A DNA stretch of 15,304 nt from Octopus sinensis (GCF_006345805.1 NW_021825506.1:1-15304), one strand, 5' to 3'; counted from the first letter of the stretch, positions 1 to 9,666 are shown. Notes: a model not told the origin generated them from the sequence alone. Numbers and translations: made by a program.

Positions 1-278
1 CTGTGTTTATGAAATTTTGGTATCTCTACTGTAAGGCTTCATTTCCCACGCGCCAGCTAATTTATTTCGTCCTTAGTCGAAAGACACCTGTTGTTATGTC
101 CTGTTATTATTTTTATTGTATTTATAATTGTATTTATATTTCTGTAACATTGTCCGTTTTTCCGTCCTTGTTTTTGTATACATTCGCTGCTTTCTTCCAA
201 GGTATCTAATACTCTTAGCTTAGTTTTTCCTTGGGGCTGGCCAGATTGGAGAAATCTTGAGTATAGCCAGCCGAAATT

Positions 279-449
279 TCAAGGATAATCTGGAACTCGA
301 CTGAAGAAAGAAAACTTCGAATGATTGGTCCTTGTTTTCTTTGTATCGTCTATTGGATGTTTGGCGTTCCTTTCCATTTCTCTCATATTCCGCATGTTCC
401 GCTGCATCAAAGATGAAAGTGCTGAGACTGTGTCTATGTCTGCCGGAGA
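279..449 (-). CDS. Speculative terminal coding exon (56 aa, SPADIDTVSALSSLMQRNMRNMREMERNAKHP...RVPDYP*), product unknown
   Basis: Minus strand: GCTAAT branch-like motif, pyrimidine-rich tract and TAG at 452-450, then 56 open codons to TGA (281-279); AATAAA downstream at 117-112 and 66-61. The segment is non-repetitive and CpG-rich. No protein family recognised. Confidence 0.15.
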   Translation of the reverse strand, partial: SPADIDTVSALSSLMQRNMRNMREMERNAKHPIDDTKKTRTNHSKFSFFSRVPDYP

Positions 450-534
450 CTACGCGAACGATTAAAAGAATTAGCAGAAGCAAAGTACATGTTACCTGGT
501 CGCAGACTTTTGAGAGAGTCGTCTGGCTGTGTTT

Positions 535-1627
535 ACACCCACACACACATACAAAGACACACAGACATATACTCACACACACACAAAGACACACACACAG
601 AAAGACACACACACAAAGACACACAGACACACACATACAAAGACGCACACATACAAAGACACACACATACAAAGACACACACATACAAAGACACACACAG
701 ACATATACTCACACACTTACAAAGACACAAACACACAAAGACACACACATACAAAGACACACACATACAAAGACACACACATACAAAGACACATACTTAC
801 AAAGACACACACAGACTTAAACACACATTCAAAGACACACACATATAAAGACACACACAGACTTAAACACACACACATACAAAGACACACACACACACAC
901 AAAGACACACACATACAAAGACACACACATACAAAGACACACACATACAAAGACACACAGAGACATATACTCACACTCTCACAAAGACACACATACAAAG
1001 ACACACACATACAAAGACACACACATACAAATTTACACACATACAAAGACACACACAGACTTAAACACACAGATACACACACACACATACAAAGACACAC
1101 ACATACAAAGACACACATATACAAAAACACACATATACAAAAACACACACAGTCAAAGACACACACATATAAAGACACACACAGACTTAAACACACACAT
1201 ACAAAGACACACACACACACACAAAGACACACACACACAAAGACACACACATACAAAGACACACACATACAAAGACACACACATACAAAGACACACACAT
1301 ACAAATTTACACACATACAAAGACACACACAGACTTAAACACACAGATACACACACACACATACAAAGACACACACATACAAAGACACACACATACAAAG
1401 ACACACATATACAAAAACACACACATTCAAAGACACACACATATAAAGACACACACAGACTTAAACACACACACATACAAAGACACACACACACACACAA
1501 AGACACACACACACAAAGACACACACACACAAAGATACACACATACAAAGACACACACATACAAAGACACACACAGACATATACTCATACACAGACTTAA
1601 ACACAACACACACACACACACACACAC
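535..1627 (+). repeat. CA-rich minisatellite, base unit ACACACACATACAAAG (16 bp), with variant units and a higher-order repeat
   Basis: Many tandem ACACACACATACAAAG units with recurrent variants (CAGACTTAAA, CAGACATATACTC, CAAATTT). Confidence 0.95.
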
Positions 1628-1713
1628 GTATTTCACATGATCTTTCTACATATTTATTAACCCATCACAACATGATTCCTCACCGAATTCTAATAGCCTT
1701 TCTTTGACATTCT

Positions 1714-1748
<35 letters not shown>

Positions 1749-1765
1749 GACACACACACACACAC
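1714..1765 (+). repeat. (CT)n(CA)n compound microsatellite
   Basis: Directly visible dinucleotide runs. Confidence 0.95.
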
Positions 1766-1859
1766 GTACCCCCAGTATCACTGCCTCTACCATAAGCTTA
1801 TATTTATCTCTTCTCAGCATCACTTTCATCCCCCACAACCCCCTATCTACACTTCCTCT

Positions 1860-2322
1860 TTAGATTTCTGCTACTACCACATATTCCTCTCCTCTTCCCT
1901 CTTCTCCTCATCTTCTTCTTCTTCTCCCTTCCTTCTATCCTTCCTTTCCCGCCGTTCCTCCACCTTCCCCCTCCCCTTCCTCTACCTCTACTGCTATACT
2001 CTACTCTTTTTCATCGTCGTCGCCTTCCTCCTCTTCCGCTTCATCATCATTTTCCTCCTCCTCTACCTTCTCTCCTCATCCACTCCCGTCTCCCATAGCT
2101 CCTTTTCTTCCTCCTCATTTTCATCTTTCTCCTCCTCCCCTCCTTCTCCTCTCCTCTCCTCCTCCTCCCCCCTTCCCCTCCTACAAATTCGTCGTTATCA
2201 TCATCATTATCATCGTCACCCTTATCAATCATCATCATCATCATCATCAGTACTATCGTGATCTTCCGCCGCCTCCTCCTGCTAATCATCATCGTCATCA
2301 CCATCATCATCACCATCATCAT

Positions 2323-2354
<32 letters not shown>

Positions 2355-2381
2355 TCATCACCATCATCATCACCATCATCG

Positions 2382-2425
<44 letters not shown>

Positions 2426-2500
2426 GTGGACGTCATCATCATCATCATAACTTCCCACTCTACCCCTCCTCCTCCTCTTCCTCCTCCTCCTTATATCCTA
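1860..2500 (+). repeat. Polypyrimidine low-complexity tract (CTT/CCT) grading into (CAT)n and then (CCT)n
   Basis: C/T-rich ~1880-2185, (CAT)n ~2196-2450, (CCT)n ~2461-2490. Confidence 0.9.
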
Positions 2501-2665
2501 ACCCCCGCCCCCACCCACTACTCATCCCTGCATAAACCATTCTAAAGTCCGGATTTTTAAAAGCCCCACGTGACGTTTATTCCAGTTCTTTCTTTGGATC
2601 TCAGTAATTAGATCTGGAGCTGTTTATTAAGTGCTTCATTCAATTAGGAACTGGTGTCTTTCAAA

Positions 2666-3986
2666 CACCACCACCACCACCTCCACCACCACCACCACCA
2701 CCTCCACCACCACCACCACACCACCACCCACCACCACCACCTCCACCACCACCACCACCAACACCTACACCAACCACCCCACCACCACCTACACCACCAC
2801 CACCACCACCCACCACCACCAACCTACACACCACCACCACCTACACCACCACCACCACCTCCACCACCACCCCACCTACACCACCACCACCACCACCACC
2901 TACACCCACCACCACCACCACCTACACCACCACCACCACCTCCACCACCACCACCACCTACACCACCACCACCACCACCACCTACACCACCACCCACCTA
3001 CACCACCACCACCACCTACACCACCACCTACACCACCACCACCACCACCACCTCCACCACCACCACCACACCTACACCCACCACCACAGACACCACCACC
3101 ACCACCACCACCTACACCACCACCACCTACACCACCACCACCCACCTCCACCACCACCACCACCTACACCCACCACCACCACCACCACCACCTCCACCAC
3201 CACCACCACCCACCACCACCACACACCTCACCACCACCACCACCACCACCACCAACACTACTACCCACCACCACCACCACCACCACCTACAACCCCACCA
3301 CCACCTACACCCACCACCACCCCCTCCACCACCACCCACCACTACACCACCCCACCACCACCACCACCTACACCACCAACCACCACCACCTACACCACCA
3401 CCACCACCTCCACCACCACCACCACTACACCACCACCACACCACCACCTACACCACCACCACCACCTACACCACCACCACCACCTACACCACCACCTACA
3501 CCACCACCACCACAACCACCTCCACCACCACCACCACCACCTACACCACCACCACCACCACCACCTACACCACACCACCTACACCACCACCACCACCTCC
3601 ACCACCACCACACCTACACCACCACCACACCACCACCACCTCCACCACCACACCACCACCCACCACCACCACCTCCACCACAACACCACCACCCAACACA
3701 CCACCACCTACACCACCACACACCACCACCACCACCACCACCGCCACCACCCCACCACCACCACCACCTACACACCACCACCACCTACACCACCACCACC
3801 AACACACCACCACCTCACCACCACCACCTACCACCACCACCACCACCACCACCTACACCACCACCACCACCACCACCACCACCACCACCACTATAGCCGC
3901 CACCCCTACTGCCGTCACTATTGCTGTCACCGTCGTCACTGCCCATCGCCACTACTACTACTACTACTACTACCACCAACACCACC

Positions 3987-4027
<41 letters not shown>

Positions 4028-4515
4028 CACTACCGCCACCACTACCATCACCACAACCATCACCACTACCGCCACTACTACTACTACTACTACTATACTA
4101 CTACTACTACAATTACCACCACTTCCATCAACACCATCATAACTCCACCGCTACAAATAACGTACGGTACCACCACTACCACCACATCCATTACCACAAA
4201 ACGTCACCTCCACCACCACCACCATCAGCACCCCTTCCACCACCACACCACCACCACCACACCACCACCACCACCACCACCACCAACCACCACCCCCCAC
4301 ACCCACCACCACCACCACCTCCATCACCACCACCACACACCACCACCACCACCACCACCACCACCACACCACCACCTCACCACCACCACCACCCACCACC
4401 ACACCACCACCACCTCCACCACCACCACCACACCACCACCACCACCACCCACCACCCACCACCACCACACCACCACCACCACCACCACCACCCCCCCACA
4501 CCACACCACCACCAT
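2666..4515 (+). repeat. Long imperfect (CAC)n array with CTACAC/CTCCAC interruptions and an internal (CTA)n block
   Basis: (CAC)n 2666-3891, (CTA)/(CAC) ~3947-4108, (CAC)n ~4208-4515. Confidence 0.95.
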
Positions 4516-4586
4516 CAGCACTGTCATCACAAGCACGTCATCATCGGCACCATCACAGCCACAAATAGCAGCATTTAGTTGTTATA

Positions 4587-4660
4587 AGCGTTGTTAATAT
4601 TGTTGCTGTTGTTGTTTGAGTTGTCATTGATGTTGTTTTTGTTGTTGGCGGTGTTGTGGT
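4587..4660 (+). repeat. Degenerate (TGT)n/(GTT)n tract
   Basis: TTGTTGCTGTTGTTG-type repeats. Confidence 0.7.
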
Positions 4661-5116
4661 TTAACAGCAGGTCAAAGATAATGCAGTACAAATAAGACGG
4701 AAAAATGTTCCATTCGTGACCATCCCTCAAAGGTTAATTTATCTAATGCACCATTACCTATTCAGATGGCAAAGATTGATCTGAGGGAAATTTGGCAGCT
4801 TTTCTAGCAAGCCCTTTGACGAAATTCGCTAGAAATACATCTAAAAGCAAAACTCAAAACAAAAACGAGATACTTTCAACGGCCCATAAAACAGAAAAGC
4901 AAGTCTTTCTCTGATGTATATATATTAGTAAAAAGTAAGAGATTATTCCAAAACATTTACCAGTTTGCTCTCAGGTATTCAGAATATGTTATTCAACAGT
5001 TAACATATAAATCTAATGAAGTTCTTAGGAGATAAGAAATTAGGAGAATATTCCGTTGGATAATTCTGAATATATTTGCTTAACCTTATGGGTTTCCTGG
5101 CGTATAAATATCAACA

Positions 5117-5300
5117 AGATTAATAATAATGATTATTCCGAAGTAGCAAAGGCATTACGTTTAATTCTATAATAAGGTTGTAATTGCCACGATTACTAAT
5201 CGGTGCAACTGAAACGAGTGTTGGTCTTAAAAGGCAGACTATAATTATAGAATTTAATTAATGGTATTGCTACTTCGGAGTAATCCATATTTTTAATATT
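5117..5300. mobile_element. MITE-like fold-back element with ~55-bp imperfect inverted arms
   Basis: GATTATTCCGAAGTAGCAA...TTAATTCTATAAT (~5131-5173) is inverted to ATTATAGAATTTAA...TTGCTACTTCGGAGTAATC (~5245-5285); a third arm lies at 6632-6706. Confidence 0.5.
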
Positions 5301-5350
5301 GTCAACACACACCCACACACACACATCTACACACACATATCAAAGTAAGT

Positions 5351-5737
5351 GGATGGAAGCACTCCGTCGGTTACGACGACGAGGGTTCCGGTTGATCCAA
5401 ATCAACGGAACAGCCTGCTCGTGAAATTAACGTGTAAGTGGCTGAGCATTCCACAGACACGTGCACCCTTAACGTAGTTCTCGGGGATATTCAGCGTGAC
5501 ACAGAGAGTGACAAGGCCGGCCCCTTGAAATACAGGTACAACAGAAACAGGAAGTAAGAGTGAGAGACAGTTGTGGTGAAAGAGTACAGCAGGGATCACC
5601 ACCATCCCCTGCCGGAGCCTCGTGGAGCTTTAGGTGTTTTCGCTCAATAAACACTCACAACGCCCGGTCTGGGAATCGAAACCGCGATCCTACGACCGCG
5701 AGTCCGCTGCCCTAACCACTGGGCATTGCGCCTCCAC
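5351..5737 (-). mobile_element. Full-length tRNA-derived SINE (family A), 387 bp, with a 12-bp target-site duplication
   Basis: Minus-strand head GTGGAGGCGCAATGCCCAGTGGTTAGG (A-box-like, 5725-5716) and GGTTTCGATTCCC (B box, 5683-5671); exact direct repeat ATCAAAGTAAGT at 5339-5350 and 5738-5749. Confidence 0.9.
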
Positions 5738-5860
5738 ATCAAAGTAAGTACTTAAATGTGAAACAAGATGGGCAACAATAGTACTCGAATACCGGAGGTA
5801 GAGTAATATGCTTTATTATAACGAAAGCTGCAAAAACATCACACAAAAATATCACCAAAA

Positions 5861-5902
5861 TGTGGTACTCAGAGTTTCGCGTTCCCGTTCGTCGGGCAGT
5901 TT
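5861..5902 (-). ncRNA. Second hammerhead-like motif (antisense copy, partly decayed)
   Basis: Minus strand AAACTGC-CCGACGA-ACG GGAA CGC-GAA-ACTC T GAGT-A-CCACA: near-palindromic stem III, but an A-C mismatch at the base of stem II and a poorly paired stem I. Confidence 0.35.
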
Positions 5903-5914
5903 AGATTGAGGATT

Positions 5915-5950
5915 TGTCCGACGAACGGGAACGTGAAACTCCAAGTAGCA
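5915..5950 (+). ncRNA. Minimal type I hammerhead-ribozyme-like motif (U4C core variant)
   Basis: TGT (stem I) - CCGACGA (core, canonical CUGANGA) - ACG GGAA CGT (stem II, GNRA loop) - GAA - ACT CCA AGT (stem III) - A (GUA triplet, predicted cut after 5947) - GCA (stem I, one G-U pair). Confidence 0.45.
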
Positions 5951-5997
5951 GTTTTTTGTGATACTTTTTGTGATGTTTTTGCAGTTTTAATAATAAA

Positions 5998-6131
5998 ACA
6001 CACATACATATATATACATATACATACATCGTATTTGTGTATATATGTATGTATATATATAGAAACACACACACACATATATATATAAATACACACACAC
6101 ACACGCACACATATATATATATCCCCAACCC

Positions 6132-6185
<54 letters not shown>

Positions 6186-6195
6186 ATATATATAT
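5998..6195 (+). repeat. Mixed (CA)/(TA)/(TATG) microsatellites followed by (TATC)n
   Basis: Visible runs; (TATC)n ~6132-6184. Confidence 0.9.
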
Positions 6196-6631
6196 GTAAT
6201 GTAAGGGAAGAAAGTTAGTATATATACAGTATATTAAATACATGAAATAAAGAATTGTATATAAGTTTACATATAAAAAGATCTGACTTACAGAGAATAG
6301 GAATGATAGAGAGATACTACAAGTGGGGTGATATTTGCTAAGGTATTAACAGCTGTTGGATTTGTAATACTGTTCCTCGTCCCCTTTAATTCTCTCTGTA
6401 AATTCTTTGTATGTTACAAAAAGATGGCATTTTTTAAAGAAAAATAGCGTCACAAATAATTTGATTAGAAGCTGGAAGCTCAGAGAAAAATATTTTAAAA
6501 GAGAAAAGAACCTACATATATGTTTCAGTCCTATCCTCTAGTTGATGGGAATTTCAAAACATTTGGTTTAATGCTAGGAAAGTTACCACATTCAAACTAT
6601 ATAGTTTGAATTCAAACTATATAGTTTATAT

Positions 6632-6706
6632 TCGTGGCAATTACAACCTTATTATAGAATTAAATGTATTGTCATCGCTACTTCGGAATAATCCTTATTT
6701 TAAATA
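6632..6706 (-). mobile_element. Solo inverted copy of the left arm of the 5117-5300 element
   Basis: 6632-6664 is an exact 33/33 reverse complement of 5160-5192; similarity continues through GCTACTTCGGAATAATC. Confidence 0.75.
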
Positions 6707-6957
6707 TATATCTTATCTATCTATCCTGGAATCAGTTTCGTAAATATTATAGACAGTATTTGTCATTCAAAGTACACATCTGAATAACTAAGAGCAAATT
6801 TCTTCACTCTGTTGGCTCTTATTATCTGCATACACTACAAGAACATGGGCGGCACTTATGCACGAAGTCTGATATTTACTTAATATTGTTGAGTACGCAT
6901 GTTACTCAGACCTAACAAGGTACCTCAATTTAAGTACCTAATTCAATTGAATCTTAA

Positions 6958-7240
6958 TTCTATATATATATATATATATTTATATATTGATTATTCAGTT
7001 TTATACTTTTTGTGATCAAGTTATATGTTTTATAAAAATATATTTTATTTTTTTATTTATGATTTGGTTTATGTCTATCATTTTTGAATTGCATAATAGT
7101 GATTTTTCTCGAATTTTATATTATATTAATTATTATATTATATTATATATATTATATTATATATATATATATATTATTATACTATATATATATAATATAT
7201 ATATATATTATATATATATATATATATATTATAATATAAT
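6958..7240. repeat. (TA)n and AT-rich low-complexity tracts
   Basis: (TA)n ~6958-6985 and degenerate TA/TAT ~7120-7240. Confidence 0.85.
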
Positions 7241-7321
7241 ATACTTAGCAAAAGCAATAGAGTGACTAAAGGGCTGAGAGTTTCGTGGCACGAACCTCAG
7301 GGTTCTCGAGGTACTCTGTTG

Positions 7322-7437
7322 TCCTTACTAAATATTTATAAAAATACAGTTATTTTATGAAATTCTTAATTATCTTTCAGAATTGATTGAAACAGAGGCT
7401 GTGTATTTCAATAGAAATATGGGAACTAAAGGGTTAA
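7322..7437 (-). mobile_element. Terminal fragment of a piggyBac-like MITE
   Basis: Ends ...AAAGGG|TTAA (7434-7437), i.e. TTAA|CCCTTT on the minus strand, the piggyBac terminus signature; no partner end seen. Confidence 0.35.
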
Positions 7438-7812
7438 AGTGAACATTTTGTAAGTATGCATGCGTGTCTTAACTCTTTGCCTGTCTAAAAAAAATCCGTA
7501 AGTTTGTCCTAATCGCCCATGTTTGTTTTCCGACCTTTGGTTAGCCTTTGTTCCATACGCTCTGAGTAATACCAAGATCTCCATTTATAAGTTCCAAGTT
7601 ACTTTGGTGGTTGAAAAAGCAAAAAAAACAAAAAAAAACCCCAAAAAACAAATAAAACAAAATTTGGGATGTGGCATCCATTCCTCATTGATGAGGGATG
7701 GACGTCAGGGAAACATAATTTGTGTATCATATTGGTATATACAAGACAGGCAAAGGTTGAAAAGTGCGTTTTTGTCATATTTATCAATAAAATAGAATTA
7801 TTTCTATGGATT

Positions 7813-7984
7813 AGGCGCAGGAGTGGCTGTGTGGTAAGTAGCTTTCTAACCAGCCACATGGTTCCGGGTTCAGTCCCACTGCGTGGTACCTTGGGCAAGT
7901 ATCTTCTACTCTAGCCTCGGGCCGACCAAAGCCTTGTGGGTGGGTTTGGTAGACGGAAACTGAAAGAAGCCAGTCGTATATATG

Positions 7985-8040
<56 letters not shown>

Positions 8041-8162
8041 TATATTGGCCTGCTCGCTTAGCCAGCAGGTGGCCGTCACTTAAAGGTTAAAACAATGCGA
8101 AACGCATTGTGACCAGCGATGTGTAGCAACATCTGATAGCCTGTCGGTCACGGTGATCACGG

Positions 8163-8201
<39 letters not shown>

Positions 8202-8416
8202 TGTGTGTGTTTGTGTGTCTGTGTTTGTCCCCCTAGCATTGCTTGACAACCGATGCTGGTGTGTTTATGTCCCCGTTACTTAGCGGTTCGGCAAAAGAGA
8301 CCGATAGAATAAGTACTGGACTTACAAAAGAATAAGTCCCGGGGTCAAGTTGCTCGATTAAAGGCGGTGCTCCAGCATGGCCGCAGTCAAATGACTGAAA
8401 CAAGTAAAGAGAGAGT
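7813..8416 (+). mobile_element. tRNA/CORE-like SINE (family B) copy 1, with expanded internal microsatellite and a nested insert
   Basis: A box TGGCTGTGTGG (7824-7834), B box GGTTCAGTCCC (7867-7877), CORE-like CCTTGGGCAAGT (7889-7900), TA/TG spacer, 3' module ending CAAGTAAAGAGAGAGT; collinear with 9398-9832 and 12237-12627. Confidence 0.9.
8047..8163 (+). mobile_element. 117-bp structured insert within (TA)n, probably a 5'-truncated retroposon 3' end
   Basis: Absent from the other family B copies; (TA)n on both sides; several stem-loops; ends in the short tandem TCACGGTGA-TCACGGT. Confidence 0.5.
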
Positions 8417-9032
8417 ATTCGTAACAAAATGGAACGCGTTAAGCAAATGTAACCACTCTATAAAAGCAATGCATTGAAAACAAATGTTTTAGATACGTTT
8501 TTTTAAAGGATATCTGAATAAAATAGACAATGCATTGTGCCATTTTCGGGTTCGCTTGCTTAGGAAAGCTTTTACGATCTGGAATTGCTGTGAGGCGAAA
8601 GATGAAATGAATTTTTTCATTAATATCAATGATTTTCCTGTTAAGGAATTAGAGAAGCAAAATTTGTAATGTGATTTGGCATTTATGGTTGATATGCAAT
8701 AAATGCCAGATTGCCGAATAAATGGTCAAAATCTGAAATTAGGGGAGCCGAACCAGTTTATTAATTTGCTAATTACAAGCAATTTTAAACCCATGCTGCG
8801 TTGGTTTATAAATCAACCCAAAAGCCTCTGCCTTTTCCAGCAATGCCAGAAGAGGAACCTGTGTTGGGCGAGAATGTTTTGGACAAATTTCCAAAACAAG
8901 ATTTTAAGATTTACAAGCCATGAACTCGGATATAAAAAAGAAAATGCAAAGCAACTTCCGGTGTGATACGCATCAACGATTCTCATCCCTTGCAAATTGA
9001 ATAAATCCATTTGAAGTGGGATATTTTGATAT

Positions 9033-9202
9033 CCGATGCTGGTCTGTGTACGTCCCCGTAACTTAGCGGTTTGGCAAAAGAGACCGATAGAAAAAGTACT
9101 TGGCTTACAAAGAATAAGCTCTGGGGGTCGATTTGCTTTACTAAAAGTTGTGCTCCAGCATGGCTGCAGTCAAAATGACTGAAACAAGTAAAAGAATAAA
9201 AG
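9033..9202 (+). mobile_element. Family B SINE, 5'-truncated 3' module (more diverged copy)
   Basis: CCGATGCTGG...ACTTAGCGGTTTGGCAAAAGAGACCGATAG...GACTGAAACAAGTAAAAGAATAAAAGA matches 8250-8410. Confidence 0.85.
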
Positions 9203-9397
9203 ATTGATAGTGACTTTGCAGTAAGTTTAAATATGAAGTTAATTACAGTTTGAAGGCAAATCATGGAATGCGTTCATTTTCTTCTTCGTAGAATTTTGTA
9301 GGTTTAGAAATTGAGAAAGAATGAAAACATTTATAACGTTTCCAGGGAATCCCTACTTTGTGAAAATGTTTCAGAGCAGTGAATCGTTGCAACATTA

Positions 9398-9617
9398 ACT
9401 CTCTTTACTCTTTTACTCATTTACTTGTTTCAGTCATTTGACTGCGGCCATGCTGGAGCACCGCCTTTAATCGAGCAACCCGACCCCGGGACTTATTCTT
9501 TTGTAAGCCCAGTACTTATTCTATCGGTCTCTTTTGCCAAACCGCTAAGTGACGGGGACGTAAACACACCAGCATCGGTTGTCAAGCAATGCTAGGGGGA
9601 CAAACACAGACACACAA

Positions 9618-9666
<49 letters not shown>

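Larger units (their letters stand above)
5762..5997. mobile_element. Inverted pair of Penelope-like element terminal (pLTR-type) fragments
   Basis: Arms 5812-5898 and 5915-5997 are reverse complements around a 16-nt spacer. Each reads outward as a hammerhead-like motif followed by a T-rich tract and AATAAA, the known layout of Penelope pLTRs. The family assignment is inferred. Confidence 0.55.
7540..9395 (+). pseudogene. Decayed hAT (Charlie/GTF2IRD2/EPM2AIP1-like) transposase, interrupted by two SINE insertions
   Basis: Collinear motifs across frameshifts and stops: NLGCGIHSSLMRDG (cf. NLxWxKLxSxTTDG), FCHIYQ (cf. HCIIHQ), SNALK, VRLLRK (cf. VRWLSRG), VKELEKQNL*CDLAFMVDM (cf. PELSDxxWLCDLAFLVDI), NGQNLKLGEPNQFI (cf. 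NxLNLKLQG), NPFEV, LNMKLI (cf. LQMELI), and GNPY/LCENV (cf. GSTYLCEQLFS). Confidence 0.65.

Noticed and set aside
325-465. Plus-strand transmembrane-like peptide LVLVFFVSSIGCLAFLSISLIF...
   Set aside because: Preceded by an in-frame stop with no acceptor or ATG before the hydrophobic part; it is the in-register antisense of a hydrophilic frame.
332-1636. HT/KT/QR- and CV-repeat ORFs
   Set aside because: Products of the CA-rich minisatellite.
2631-4597. Long ORFs (647 aa and 421 aa) rich in His/Pro/Thr, extensin- or mucin-like
   Set aside because: They are translations of (CAC)n; G depletion and the repeat phase remove stop codons, and several frames on both strands are open.
4766-4915. Possible small plus-strand exon after TTCAG
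   Set aside because: All three frames from that acceptor stop early; no convincing donor or recognisable peptide.
5660-5737. tRNA gene (also the heads at 7813, 9832, 10819, 12627)
   Set aside because: A/B boxes are present but run into SINE bodies with tails and, in two cases, TSDs; no complete cloverleaf.
7277-7317. Type III hammerhead on the minus strand (AGAGT-A...CTGAGG...GAAACTCT)
   Set aside because: The core reads CTGAGGTTC, not CUGANGA, and the GAA is tied up in a hairpin.
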